A DNA stretch of 64,000 bases from Eledone cirrhosa (GCA_964016885.1 OZ024742.1:133362001-133426000), one strand, 5' to 3'; counted from the stretch's first letter, positions 14,073 to 29,300 are shown. The notes: generated by a model not told the origin, from the letters alone. Numbers and translations: made by a program.

Positions 14073-14650
14073 AGGCGGTGGATTGGCAGTATAGGTAGAG
14101 AGTCGGACACCATGCTTTGCGGCATAGAGTTACGGCTCTTTATGGTCTGAATTCAAATCCCGCCGAGGTTAACTTTACCTTTCATCCTTACGGAGTCGAT
14201 AAAATAAAGTACCAGTAATGCACTGGGTATTTGCTGGCCTTGTGCCAAAAGTAGAAACAATTAACATATTATTAACGGCGGTGGATTGGCCGCATCGTTA
14301 GTGTTGGACATTATGATTTGCATCATTTAGTAACAGTCCTTTACATTGCCTTTCAACCTTAAGGGGTCGATAAAATAAAGTACCAGCAATGAACTTTGTG
14401 TCGATTTAAGCGAGTTTCTCTTTCTTTTAAAATTGTTGGCCTTGAGAAACCATTATTAAATCAGAAACCATTATTAAACCGGTAGAGGGTTGGACACCAT
14501 GCTTTGACGCATAGAGTTACGGCCCTTGTCATTCTGAGTTCAAATCCCGCCGAGGTTAACTTTGTCTTTCATCCTTACGGGGTCGATAAAATAAAGTACC
14601 AGTAATGTACTGGGTAATTGCTGGCCTTGTACCAATAGTAGAAACAATTA
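14073..14650 (+). mobile_element. Cluster of three tRNA-derived SINE copies
   Basis: ggcggtggattggcagtat...gaattcaaatcccgccgaggttaac...ccttgtgccaaaagtagaaacaatta, repeated with variation at about 14073, 14277 and 14480. Confidence 0.85.
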
Positions 14651-15030
14651 TTAGATAGTAGAAATTATTATTTGTATTATTGTTGTTTTTCCTTGTTTCC
14701 TTTTTTTTTTCGAAATCTAGATTTATTGAAGTGGTGTTTGCATTGATTCCCTTGCAGAACAAACCAAATAATAAAAACAATTCAAGATGTAATAGTGTTT
14801 ACGTGGATGATTCACTCGAATACAATCATAAAACAACCTCAACCTATGACACTGATGTGTTTACTTTTCCAATCATGTTTGTATCGTGTTTTCCTTTCCT
14901 CATGTAACGACAAAAAAACACACACACACTCTCTCTCTTTCTCTCTCATTCTTTATTTGTCTCTCCCTCCATCTAGCTATCTATCTATCTCTATCTCTTC
15001 TCTATCTCTCTCTTTCTCTCTCTCTCTCTG

Positions 15031-15119
<89 letters not shown>

Positions 15120-15621
15120 GAACGTATATATGTATGTGTGGGTCATTTTCGTTTAGCTACCCATTACTGTATTCAACAAAATTCTTTTGATGTTTATGGC
15201 TCATTAAAATTTTTCTGACTCCCATTCTAATGTACTGCGTAACCCTCACAAATAAAATATTGATGTATGTCTCTTTAGTGCATTTTAAAAAGGTATGTAA
15301 ATCACGCAACATAATCACATGAAACCTTGCCTTAGCAGCGATACAAAAACTGTTGAATTAACATATATACAATGGCATAACACAAATTGTCTTTCTATCA
15401 TCTTTTTGTATCAACAACACTCGATTTCTGTTGAAATTACTAGTTTAACAATTTTACAAAAATAATACAAAATGAAATTGATGTTTCCGAAGCACTGATG
15501 GCTATTTTATTGATTAATGTTGTTCGAGGATACAATCTCTAAGGTTCGATAATTTGCGTTGATTTTCAATCAAAATTCCCTGATTTAAACATGTATTTCG
15601 CTTCGTCTATGGTAATTATTT

Positions 15622-15687
<66 letters not shown>

Positions 15688-15717
15688 GTAATATTCGACG
15701 ATATACCCGTATATATA

Positions 15718-15756
<39 letters not shown>

Positions 15757-15764
<8 letters not shown>

Positions 15765-17995
15765 ATGCTTTGGGAGGGTCATGTTGCCAATAAGAAACAC
15801 ACGCACCAGTCGCTTTCACTTCAATTTATTATAATAAATTTATAATAAATTTATAAATTTATAAATTTCTGGTTGGTTGGTTGGTTCCAAAACCAGATAG
15901 TTGTTTATATATTTTCATAGTTCTTTCGTCACACACTGCCCGTTTTATGGTCTTTTCGAAGCTCATACAACGCCGTCACGTCATTGTTCCAGGCCTGGAA
16001 GTTGTTGGCAGTCCTTTTGTTGGGCTGCTTTATATTCGTCCACATCACCATATGGGCATTGAGTGCTTTTTCTCTATCCTCATGCTCCTGTGGTGTTACC
16101 TCTCTTGTGTTAGTGGTGTGGGGTTGCATTGCCTGGATGTAGTTTGGCAGGCTGTCAACCGACATTCTGCCAGACTTGTCTGTTGGAAAGCATGCTATCT
16201 CTCCATTACGCGAGTGCTGCATGAGCTTACGCAAGCCATTTGCAGATTTTTCTCCCAGTTGCTGGGCTTCCATTCTATTATGCTTCTTGCTATACTGTTC
16301 TATAATATTTCTAAGTTCGGATCTAACTATACTAAATTGTGCTTCTGTTTGTTCATCGACCTGCGACGGCAATTGCGTGCGTTTGTTAAATGGTAAAGTC
16401 GTGGCGTGGACTCGTCGCAGGTCGAACGATTTATCGGAGGGATTATAAAAAGTAGAGTTCCAGGCTGCTGATTTATGTGTACTAGTGCTATTGTTATTGT
16501 TAGTTGTGTTGTTTCTATTTCTATTTCCACCAACAGCCTCATGGTTGTTTCTATGTCTCTCATAATTACTCCTGTCTCTTTCCACTGGCTCATTGTTGTT
16601 ATCTACCCTATTTTATGTGTCTGTGTGTTCGTCTTGGTTATTTTCTTTGTCCTTAGTCTCCCTTCTCCTTTTAATCCTATTACTTTCCCTTATTTCTGTG
16701 ATATCTGTGCTACTGTCATTACTTGTTTTCTGTGTCTGTGTGTTTGTTAAGATTGTGGTGGTGGTGAGAGGCATTGAATGTGCGTGTGTTGTTGTTGTTG
16801 ATGTGTGCTGTTGTTGATGTGTGTAGTTGTTGTCTCCGTGTGTGTTATTATTGTTGTGTGTTGTTATTGTTGTTTGTGTCTGCGTGTCTGTTGTTGTTGT
16901 TTCTGGGTATGTTATTATTGTTGTTGTTTTTGTTGTTGTTGTTGTTGTTGGTGTGTGTGTTGTTGTTATTGTTGTTTGTGTCTGTGTGTCTGTTGTTGTT
17001 GGGATGTGTATTGTATATGTGTGTGCGTATATTGTTACTTTTGTTTTTGTTTTTGTTTTTGTTTTTGAGGCTCCAGCGTAGTTTTGTAAATGATTTTTCT
17101 ATTTCTGACAGACAGCTAATCATATTTACCTTCTTGAATGTCGCAAATTTCTGTGGTAGATGTAATACAGATAACTCATCGTCATCTATTACTGTGTTGC
17201 CGTATATATTTGTGTTGTTGTTGTTGCTGAACTCATCTGTTAATGAGGTGTCGGCCATATTTTTACCGTCAATTTTGTCGGGATATCTATTGGTATTCTC
17301 TACAGTATCCTGATTTAGCTTTATCTGCTTAAGCCACTTTAGTTTCTTGTTAAAGTGCTTATAACATTCTTGAGTAATGTACTGTTGTTCAGGACGTATA
17401 AGGGTTATAAATATTAGTTTCTCTCTTGGTGTGGTGATCCTAGCTATTACTTGTATTAGGTTACGCTTATGTTTTTCTTGATGACTTAATTCTCTATAGA
17501 TCTTTTTTATGTTTAGAATTAGTGTTCGTTTTAGCCTATCTGCTTCTTTTTTGGTGAGTTGTAATCTTCTTACGCCGGTGTTGATGGTGTTGGTGCAAAC
17601 TCGGGACGAGGCACATTCTTTTATGAAGTGTAGTTGTCGAGATGTTATGGTTTTTCGTAGACAACACAACATGGTGGTTTTCAGTATCTTGTTAGCCTGG
17701 CTAAGGCTTACGATATTTCGTTTCTGAATTTGTTTAGCAAGATTCTTTATCTGAAATCGTGTGTTAAAACCGATATTGTTATACTTTGGGAGGGTCATGT
17801 TGCCAATAAGAAACACACGCACCTGTTGCTTTCACTTCAATTTATTATAATAAATTTATAATAAATTTATAAATTTATAAATTTCTGGTTGGTTGGTTGG
17901 TTCCACAACCAGATAGTTGTTTATATATTGTCATAGTTCTTTCGTCACACACTCTGTGACCTCTTCAGTGACTGGGGATTCCTTTCTTTGTTTTT
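15757..17995 (-). mobile_element. Internally deleted PLE flanked by ~181-bp direct repeats (pLTRs)
   Basis: Direct repeats at 15757-15937 and 17773-17953. Minus ORFs 16848-17822 (LHLPQKFA...EIEKSFTKLRW) and 15929-16585 (PTDKSG, ALYELRKDHK) are PLE N-terminal/early RT motifs; the RT core and endonuclease are absent. Confidence 0.75.
17930..17972 (-). ncRNA. Type I hammerhead ribozyme in pLTR
   Basis: Minus strand gtca-CTGAAGA-ggtcaca(gagtg)tgtgac-GAAA-gaac-TA-tgac. Confidence 0.75.
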
Positions 17996-17997
17996 GT

Positions 17998-20900
17998 GCC
18001 TCGTCAATTTCCTCAGCCACTGACTCCGCCTCCACCTTATCCCCCTCGGCTTCCGTCTACACTTCCACCCATCCCCCGCCGCTTCCCCCTCCACGCAACA
18101 TATCCTCACCCGATCCTCACGCCTCCTGATGCGCAACTCCATCCCGCCTTAACTCCACCTGCCACCCCCTCCTCGCCCAAGCCATCCTCTCCTTCATCCA
18201 AAACCTCAACCACAACCTCTTCTCCTTCCTCAGCTCCACCAAAGCCCGCAAGCTACACTCACTCCTCCCAAACACCCCATCCACCACCACCCGCCCATCC
18301 CCATACGCCCACCACTCTCCACCTCTCCCTCGACCCACACCCCTACCTAACCCCCCACCCCCACCACCACCCAAACCCCACCCCTTGCTGTCACCATACC
18401 CCCTGACCTCCCCCTCTCCGCACCTGAGCGCTCACTCCTTAGTAGAGGCCTTCGCTTCATACCCCGAACTCCGCACAGCGACGAGTTCCGCACCCGAACG
18501 GAAGTCGAGCGATTCGTGCGACGCACTAAGCTACAGGCACATTTCGGCCGAACCCCACCGGCTGCGGACGCCCCAGACCCGTTTCTCGCCCTGGGCCGAC
18601 GACCATCTTCTTGGACGCCAGCCCCAGGGCAATTTAGTACCCTGGACGCATTCGTCGATGCCAGCCGTAGCGCAGTAAATCGTTTCGACTTCCGCCACCG
18701 TTCCAAACGGTACAATATGTCACGGGGCGAACTCATCGCTCTCCACTCCCTCCGTAGCCGAGATGACATCGTCATCAAACCGGCGGACAAGGGAGGCGCC
18801 GTAGTAGTGTGGCGCGCGGACCCCTACACGGCCGAAGCCGTCAGGCAGCTCTGTAACCCCCTCTTTTACCGCCCTCTACCCTCCGATCCCACCCCCCTCT
18901 ACCAACAACAAGTCTCCTCCACCATCAAAGACCTTATCGCCTCCTCCCTACTCCCCTCACTGCTTCCCACCTCATCGTCCGCACCCCCCGCACCCCCACC
19001 ATCTACTTCCTCCCCAAACTCCACAAACCCGACAACCCCGGCCGCCCCATCGTCTCCGCTTGCAACTGCCCCCCCGAACTCATCTCCGCCTTTCTCGACT
19101 CCATCCTCGCCCCCCTTGTCACCAGCCTCCCCTCCCACATCTCCGACACCAACCACGCCCTGCGCCTTTTCGACTCCTTCACCTACCCACCCGGCCCACA
19201 GCCCTTCCTCTTCACCCTAGAATCAATTCCCTCTATACCGACATACCCCTGTACCGACGGCCTACGCGCCCTCAAACACTTCCTCGACCTTCTCCCCTCC
19301 CCCATTCCCTCCACCCCCACCCTCCTTCGCCTCGCCGAGCTGGTCCTCACCCTGAATTGTTTTTCCTTCTCGGGTGAGTTTTACCAACAGGTCACGGGGG
19401 TAGCCATGGGTACAAGAATGGGCCCGAACTATGCCAACCTTTTTGTTGGCCATGTTGAGCCCCAAATCTTTGCCCAGTACACCAGCCCCACGCCCGAACT
19501 GTACGGTCGTTACATTGACGACTGTATCGGAGCCACGACTCTCACCCGAGAACAGCTCGACTCCTTTCTCTCCTTCCACCACTCCCTCCACTTCACCACC
19601 TCTATCTCGACCACCCACGTCCACTTCTTACACATCTCCGTCGCCTTCGACCCCTCCCACCACTCCCTCGTCACCTCCGTCTTCTTCAAACCCACCGACT
19701 CCCACTCTTACCTCGACTTCACCTCTTCCCACCCCACCCACACTAAACACTCCATTCCCTACTCCCAACTTCTCAGGATCCGCCGCCTCTGTAGCCGAGA
19801 TGCTGACTTTGAGTCCCAGGCCCTTTCCCTAGTCAGCCATTTCATCCGCAGAGGTTACCCCCCCCCCCCCCTCTCTCGTCCACACCGCTCTCACCCGCGC
19901 CCGTGCTGTCCCACGCTCCACCACCCTCACCCCACGCCACCGCACACCCACCCACCGTATCCCCTTCCCCATCACCTACCACCCCTCCACCTTACCCCTC
20001 CACCGCACCATCCGTCGCCTCTTACGACGCCTCCAGTCCGACCCCTCCACCTCCCACATCTTCCCAACCCCACCACTCCCCTCCTTCAAACGCGCACACA
20101 ATCTCCGCACCCCCCTCGTCCACAGCTCCCTACCCCCAACCCACGCTCTGTTCCCCCCCCCGGTTCCTTTCCCTGTTCTAGGCCCCGCTGCAACACCTGT
20201 CCCCACATCACCAACACCACCACCTTCCAGGGTCCCAACGGCCACTCTCTCTCTCTGTCCGGCATGCCTTCCGCTGCACCTCCTCCAACCTAGTCTACGG
20301 ACTTTGCTGCACGGAGTGCAGCGCGACTTATGTCGGACAGACGGGAGGTCGCCTGGCGGATTGATTCACTGAACACCTCCGGGATATTCGTCTCGGGGGT
20401 AGTTCCCCCATCGCCCGCCACTTTGGTGGCCCTGGACATTCCACACGCCATCTCACAGTCTGTGGCCTACTCCAGTGCCACGGAACACCCGCCAATCGCC
20501 TTAGGGTCGAACAACGAACTATCTTCATCTTACAGACCCACACTCCCCCCAGCCTGAACTCTCCACCCTTATTCCTCTAGCCTTCGACCGTCCGCCCCCA
20601 CACTCACACACTTATCCCACACTAACATACCCCTCCTTTTCACCGCCCACCCCACAACTAACAATACTAACACCTCCACCCCACCCCTCATCTGACCACC
20701 CTTCCCCAACTAACATACTAACATCCCTCCCTTCTTCTCCTCCTCCCCCTCCTTATCACACGCACACACACACCGGCACATATATACACGCGCTCACACT
20801 AAACACACACCCTACTACCACCACTAACCATCACCCCCACATCTCTCACCCCCACACCTCCATCCCACCACCCCGCAACTAACCTCACTAACACCCCCTA

Positions 20901-21751
20901 ACCCCAAGCACACGAACACACGCACCCACTTACACCACCCACCCCACACGCAACTAACATCACTAACACCACCCAACCCCACGCACACGTACCCACACAC
21001 CCTCGTACTCCACCAACTCTACACACCCTACCACCACTAACCCCCACTCACACCTGCATTCAACCCCTCCCCACCTCCCGTATACTAACACACACCAACA
21101 CCCCTTCATCAAACTACACACACACCAGTACACCACACTCCCTTCATAGAACCACACACACCCTTCTCTCTCCCCGCTCCACCCACACCCTCGCTCCAGA
21201 CTCACTCATCCCACTAACACCTCTACTAATACACACACACACACCCTCCTCACTCCAACATTCACACCTACCCATCCTCGCCCCTTTACCATTCCACCGA
21301 CTGCTGCTATGCCCTCTGACCACCACCCAGCACAAACAGACACACAACACTCCCACTGCTTGACCACTTCCTGTTGCGCGCGCACCCCACATCTCTCCTC
21401 TTCCGACCATCGCTTCATGGAATACTCGCACGCAGAAATTGACCATCACAGAATCCACTAAACACCTTTGGATTTTACCAACTTTTCAACCATCCTCTTA
21501 CGTAATCACCTATATAACTCACCCACACACACACCCCAAAAAAATGTTTTTCTCCACACGCCACCTACACCCACAACACGCTTAAACCCCACACACACGT
21601 GCTTTCCACCACATATTTACACCCTCAGCCTCCTGATTCCTCTCCCCCCACCCCTCTATCCACACACGCACAGACACTCAGACCCCCCCCACACACACAC
21701 ACCTCTTCCTGAACATGCAACCCCGTTCTTCCCCCAACCCTTACTTTCACA

Positions 21752-21785
<34 letters not shown>

Positions 21786-22210
21786 ACACCTACACACACA
21801 CCACCTTCAGCCTTCCCCGCTGGGACACCCCGTCTCCCTCTCCCCACTCCACCCGCGGCCGCCCCTACACACCCCACACCCTTCCACCACCTGTTTTACC
21901 CCCCTTTTAATTTCAGTTTATTTTCATCATGCTTTTATATTTAAATTTATTTCATTCCTTGTATTTTGATCATGCTTTATTTTTATTTTTATTTTTATTT
22001 TTTTCATTCGCACTGTTTCCTTTCGCTATATGTCTATCCACCACTCCCCTACACACCCTTTAAACTCTGTTCCCACACACTTCTCACCTGAGGAAGGGCT
22101 TATGCCCGAAACGTCGTCCCCCACCAACACCCCACTTTCCAGAGCGTGAAATTAATAGACATTCGTTGTACTGCCTCTCTGTTTTGTCCCTATTCAAATT
22201 TTTCCATTAT
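17998..22210 (+). mobile_element. Near full-length C-rich PLE (Neptune-like); frameshifted RT-GIY-YIG ORF ~17998-20580 plus long 3' UTR
   Basis: LLSRGLRFIP, IKPADKGGAVVVW, YFLPKLHKPDNPGRPIVS, GVAMGTRMGPNYANLF, RYIDDC, KPTDSHSYL, CSRPRCNTC and LVYGLCCTECSATYVGQTG, split over several frames. Confidence 0.9.
22088..22118 (+). ncRNA. Minimal hammerhead core at PLE 3' end
   Basis: CTGAGGA-agggc(ttat)gccc-GAAACGTC; stem I is weak (about 2 bp), so activity is uncertain. Confidence 0.6.
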
Positions 22211-23280
22211 ATATATATATATATATATGCATACATACGTTTAAAAGTATGTTGAATATACCTTAATGTTCTGCAAAGGGGCTCATATTCGAATAAGAAA
22301 CTATATACGTAAATATATTTATATGGTATTTGAGCCTGTTCTTTTATTTAGCAAGGCATATTAATATATGTGGTCTTCATCTTTATGCATGATACATTAC
22401 CAATTCATGAATATTTTCTTGTATGTATCGAAAATTCGTTTTTAACTCCATTATATTTTATGGTGCGTTAAATTGAAAATATCGGCTTTGTAGTATATAT
22501 TTGATGTTAAGGAAGTTGGTATGATAAGTATTTTTCTTTAAATCAATAAATTAATAATCACTGAGTAAGAAGTAATTGATATAAGCATCGTCATTAAATC
22601 AATGTTTATAACGTTTAAATGTGATTGTATGCACCCTGCTATGAAATGTCTTATTAAATTCAACTGAATTAGAAAAATCCATAATATTGAATGGTTATTG
22701 CATTTTATATACCGTAAAGGAAAAACTAAATGAACCAAACAGGCAAAGCTCTCAACAATTTATTGTCTTTCTACGAATAGCCGCCATACCTCCCTTCAAG
22801 TTGAAACTTATTCGTGTGTGTTGAAAAACGGAATCCTTAATAGGGTATTTCATTCAAATGTCGACATTTGTCACGGTAATATCTTAATTTTATAAAACTG
22901 CAACAAACAAAAAGGCAACTCCTCGTATGTTAACAACACCCAAAACATTAAGAAATATACTTCATATAAAACGTAGGTAACACTATTGGAAACAGTGAAG
23001 TTAAAGGACATACACAAAACACCGAGTGTGCGACTCAGTGCTCGTTTGACCTGGTGGAAATAATACCACAATTTCCCTGAAATAACAATCTATTGTCTTG
23101 ATCATGAGATGACAAGTGGGCCACTGCTGCACTTGTTGTACATAGAAATTAGAGTATAATTTACAATTGCTTGAGTTTGAGTTGGATTTGGTTTAATTGC
23201 AATGTATTTATATCCAGGCTTATTTCAATTGGAAATTTTTATCGCATACTACAATTCAATTATATATTAAATTATATAAT

Positions 23281-23397
23281 AATATGCAAATATATATATG
23301 TACTGGTAGAAAGAGTAATAATATGCAAGTATATATCTTTACTGGTGGAAAGAGTAATACTATGCAAATATATATATGTACTGGTAGAAAGAGTACA
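23281..23397. repeat. 39-bp tandem repeat (~3 copies)
   Basis: atatgcaaatatatatatgtactggtagaaagagtaata repeated with few changes. Confidence 0.9.
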
Positions 23398-26300
23398 GTA
23401 TGAACAAACATTGCGTAATTATTTGGTTGACCATTGACATATTTAACATGTTGACTGCTTCGTATATTTTACACAGCTAAAGTTGCCACGATGAATTTTT
23501 CATTAGACAGCATGTATCCCAATGACACCCCTACTTTTCCATCAATATTGCAGAACCCACATTATTGCAGAATACACGCACCACAAAACAGTTTCGCTCA
23601 TTTACGAAACACGATAAACTAACTCGAAATTCTAAATAGAAATATCAATATCTTCCAGATACAATTACATGGGGCCTTACGTATTGTTGAACATCAATTA
23701 ACATTTATAAGAAATATATACCATAATGTCTATTTATACTATATGGAATTTTCGAAAAATGTAATATGACGTGTGATCCACACATAATTTAAAACAAGAC
23801 AGAGAAAAATGAAGCAAAAGTATTTTAAAGTATCCCTTGCACTTTTAAAATAATTTAAAAAATAAATCTTTACATGGAATTTAACACATCAAAACTATTT
23901 TCACTGGTAAGGATTCTGTAAATACTTATTTCTTTGATATTACATTCTCCCATTGCGATGAATAAAAGAAAGAAAAAAAGAACGGTAGACATAATGAATC
24001 TTAAATTTCAAAACTCTCTGCATAGAAGCATACATCTGTCCACACTTTCTCTTAAATGGAGAAATATAATAACAGTTCTATTTCATAATTTCTCCCGTCT
24101 CTCAATTAACTATTCCATTGTGTTTGATTTTGTTATTCATTCAGCAATGAGTCTAAGATTTGTCAATTTGTCAATAATTAAGTTTTCAGCGAAATGAAGA
24201 CTGATAAAGCTTCCGCTAAAGATTCACTATAGAGACGGAGGAAACATGTCTTGTATTTAAGAGACTGTTGTCCTTTAATTGTATTCATTTTAATTACATT
24301 TAGGATATTAATCTTTAGAATTCGGAGCCCTATCGATGGATGATTCTTCTTCTTTTTCTCACTTCTTGGTATCAATTGAATTGGTGCTTTGCCAAGGAAA
24401 AGAGAAACATTGATCAATTCGGTATCTCATAAAGGAAATTACTCTATTGTATACACATTATTGATAAAATTACTTCACACTCTACAACTTCGTATCTCAG
24501 TTTCTACTAAGTCTGATATCGGAGCGTTTGTCATCTTGGCCCATCCTTTGATTTTAGAGAAAAGATCTTATCTTTTCTGTCACTGACTCTCAACGTCATT
24601 AATTCATCATTCAAATGTCCAGTGCATGGTTTCCCTTAACATATGGAGGAAGAATGTACAGGAAGTAGAAACTTGTCCGGCGTAAGTCTATCCAAAGCGT
24701 TACAATTTGCTTTGCATTATTCAACTAAGATACCAACAAATAAAATGGATTTCCGAATAAACATGTTAAGTTTGGCGTGATTTGAACTTATTCAGATCAG
24801 TACATGTTAAATATATTCATTAATTAGATATTAAAAGTAAAATGTTTACCCTGTAAACGATCAACCAGTAGGTCCGAGAGATAATCTATTTAGTGAATTC
24901 CTTTTTTTTTGTGTTTTTGATTTCTTTTTGATGAGGGCTTTTTCCGTTTGAAATACATGATTCAGGAAGTGTTTAAATAAATATCTATATATTTTTGAAG
25001 TCAGTACATTTTATCATTTTATTCGGTTTGGATATATAAAATAAAATCCTAGCCGTGGGATAGCGGAATTGCTAGTGGATTGAACTATATGCAGTACATA
25101 CACTTTTCCAACTATTTGTCCTCCAAATCAAATCAGTCAATGGGTTACCTAAACCGTCATTTGCGTAACACCACCATAATGAAACCCTGGAATGGGGAAA
25201 CATCACAACCCTTCCAAACCTAAATGTTTAGCAAAAAAAACAAAAACAAAAAAACGTTTTTCAATTTAGATCGAAAATGTATACTTTATTTCTACTATTA
25301 AAGTAACCGGGAATAGCATTATAGCATTAACATATATTCCTCTTGAATGTAAACTTCGTAGACTCTTTCAAACAGAAATGCAAAGAAAAATGAAAAACAC
25401 AAAAATATATTCTTTAATGGTTGTTTACCAAAAATCGACTTGATCCAATAGATTTACAAATAGTATTGAAGAAAGCCATCTATTTATTAAAGAATCATGC
25501 ATTAAATGTATATTAACTGGTGATAGTTTAGCAGGGAACAGCATATCTTCAACGGTTCATGCTTGGACATATCAATATATTAGTATGCTTGAGAATATCG
25601 ACTAACAAATAAACATATGAACCTAAGATTGGTAGCTCGATATGCTGAAAAGAGCTGCCACGTCGTTTTCCAAGCACGTCTTAGAGTGTTCTTTTATATC
25701 ATAGCAATATAACATATTTAACATAATAATAATTAAAAACCCAATATAAAAAAAATGATTTGATACAATTCATTCCAAAATGTCTATTGCGACCAACATT
25801 ACATATATAACAACCTATATAACTTACAGTGTCTGTTCAAATTCCCATAAGATGTTTTTATAACTAGCTATAAGCTGATTCAATGTTCTGTAGTGTTGAT
25901 ATGAAAGCAACGCTCTATAAGTTTTGATCTGCCGAGGGAGCTCTGCGGTTATAGTACATGACCTATTTCCCTAGGGAGGTTCAATGTCTATTTGTTAAAC
26001 CTAAGCAGTAGATCATACAAACATACACAATCTCACGAATTTAGTTATTTCATAATTTATATAAGTATGTGCAAATGAAAGAGGCTATTGTTATCCATAA
26101 TTGTCTGCGTGTTGCTCTACCAACTCAAGAGCTAACTCGAGTAGCTACATAGATTGCACCGTCAATAAAAGTTGAATTACTTTGTTACAACTTGTTCCCA
26201 GGTTTCTTAAATAACGGCTTTATTCACAAAAGCGTTTGAAAGGAGGTTTATTAAACGCACGTCTGTGCTGTTATACTCAGTACATTCATAAAACACAAAC

Positions 26301-29300
26301 AAAACCCTTACAAAAACAGACAAACACATATATATACACACGCATATGTGTCTGCGAAGAATTATTTAAAATGCATATGTCGTCATGTAGATGAAGCCGT
26401 GTGTATGAAATTTATGTCGTCATGCATGTACGTTTAAAACTTTAATAATAAATTTCATTAAGCCATTAATAAAGAACAATATTCCATGAAAGAAGAAACT
26501 GAACACGCGCACACACATATAAACACACACATACACACATATATATATAAATATATATAAATTTTCGTTTCATTTCTCTCAATAATAATAATGCATCTAC
26601 AGAAAGAAATAAAAATATAAATTTAGATGATGGAAATACATTAAGAGAGTAATAATTCCAGGATCTTCTCATATATACGTGAATTTTATTGACTCGTCTA
26701 AGTTAAGTTACAACAAAAAAACACATAATCATCAACTTCAGTTTGAAGGCCTGTGCAACAACGGCGAACTTGGTTTACAAAAGATGATTGTAAACATCAC
26801 TTGTCAAAACGCAACAATAAAAATGACGCATGGTTGAATATATGTAGAATTTTATACATCCAATTTATAGAAATACAATAGTTTAAAACAAACATACACA
26901 TACATGCATACAGACATGCATAGAAACAAAGATACATATAGTACCAAGAGAAATCCAATATAATGTACATGTATAGCACTTGACCCCGACACAGACGAAT
27001 ATATAAATACACACACACACTCACACACACACATATATATATATATCCATATATATATATGTATATATATATGTATATATATATGTATACATATATACAC
27101 ATATTCATATACATATATATATATATATACACATACATACACATATATACTTATATATATATATATGTACATATGTATATATTTATATATACATATAAAT
27201 ATATATGTGTGTGTGTGGAGGTTGCGTGTATGTATGTAATGCAAGTTTGTTGTGCGCGTATCCATGTGTTCATATGATTGCCTTCAAATATTATTAATTC
27301 AAGCCTCATAAGAATGCTTTATAATAATAATTTTTTGAAGATTTTAGAAAATTTAAATTATTAGTTATTTTCTTCTAGTAAAGAAAAAACACCAGTGATT
27401 CCATTTAAATATTTCGGAGAGTGTGTTCCTTTATCTATCTGCTTATTACGCGAAATCACAACATGATATTCATGTCAATTAAACTGGATTATAGCTGCGG
27501 TGTCAAGAATATGGTTCACAAATTGGATTCATTTGAAACCCTATCACCCGAAAATATGTCGAAATAACTTTCGTTTGATATATAGCGCATTGAAACATGT
27601 ATTAGGCTGTACACTAGTAGAGGTATTCCAGTCTTAAAATAAACTTCCACCTACCGGGGATACAATCATGATTCATCCTCATTCACACGTACGACCAATC
27701 GGCTTTTTACTGATTATAGCCAGCTAAAACATTCCAAGCTCACGCCATTTCTATTGTTCTTGCTCTCTTGAAAATCGCCCAATATCCAGATATTTTTACT
27801 AGGGTAAACATATCTGTACCATCTTCTGACCAACTAGGCTGGCTTGTAGTAAGTCCAACAACCTTTTTTCCAACAATTTAAATGGAAAACTCTTCTATAT
27901 ACTCACTGGTATTTTAGTATACATTACATGCTATTTTCGTCGCGACATATTTAAGAGTAACATGAGTACTATTATCACCTCAAGATAGGCGTTGCTTGAA
28001 CCTTACAAAAGCAGAGTGATTTGAAAGATAACTTTCCAACGTCTCGTTGCCTTAGTTGTCACCCCCACCCCCAGTCTCCACCATGGAATGAAAAAGCCAG
28101 TGCCGTTTCCTGGTGTTTAATTTGGTGTTTAATTTGGTTGACATTCTTCCTTAATAAAACATTTTCCTTTTTAATGCACAAATCCAAATATAGCATGTAC
28201 TCCCTCTTAAAGGGACATTTCCCGTTTTCCTTATTGTCAACATTTTTATTTCTACTTCAAGCAAATCGCCTGCCCTAGACGAATGAGCGTGATAACATTC
28301 GTAACACTTTTCCAATGATGAAATGTTCCACTATTATTAGGGAATATTTGGTTTATTAACGTTCTAAAAAGAAAGAAATGTTGGATAGTGACTATATCTC
28401 TAGTTGTATCTATGTGATGCAAGCAGCTGCAGCTATAAAACCTGTGTAGTCATTTACATACAATGGTATCATACCATGAACAGGAATATTAGATATAATT
28501 ACAGTTAGCGAGATGGAAGATTATTCTCTGAATCCATAGTACTTGCATAGTGTGAAACCCTGATGAATGTGTTTGCTCTCTCAAAGAAAAAAATGTGGTA
28601 AAATATGCATCCTAATTTTACTACGTTAACTAAGGTTTAAGTTCAGTGATCTTAGTTATATACTAGGATATATTTTTTGTATATTAGCGTGAGGTCTAAA
28701 ATGCACTGTATTGAATAAATTGTATGTACTCCAAGAACACGTGACTCCTTCCATGTATTTAACATTTTAGTGATTCAAAAATTAAAGAAAGCCAGTGAAT
28801 ACAACATTAAAGAAATAAACATAAATGATGAATGACTATCGTGCTCGATCTAAAGTGCATTAACAACACTTTATAAATATAATGAAAACGTTCAAATTTA
28901 AATACCAGCGATTGAGTGGATTCCGTTTTAGACATTATATACTCAATGATAAATGTGCTAATTTTAATCTCAAGCGAAATTCATGAAAATATTAGCCGTG
29001 CAAATTAATGTTCATATAATTAAGTAGGAACCACACCCATGTTCCCCAACAACGTCTGCCAAGATTTTAGCAAAGTATAACAAGAAGCTACTTCAGTTGA
29101 ATCTATATTAATGTTATGTAAAATAAAATTTTTGTTTTAATTGGCTGAAATGTAGAGGCTTTACAGAGCCGACCGTTTCATGTTGTTCATGAAATTATTT
29201 ATAGATATCAATAATAGAAGATGAAAGATGCCAAAAATAACTTTCACTATGTTGCAGCATTGAGGTTTTATAACTTTAGGAAGACATACGAATGAAAAAG

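Noticed and set aside
26555-26585. aattttcgtttcatttctc, resembling the retrozyme terminal hairpin
   Set aside because: Too short, with no further homology or hammerhead nearby.
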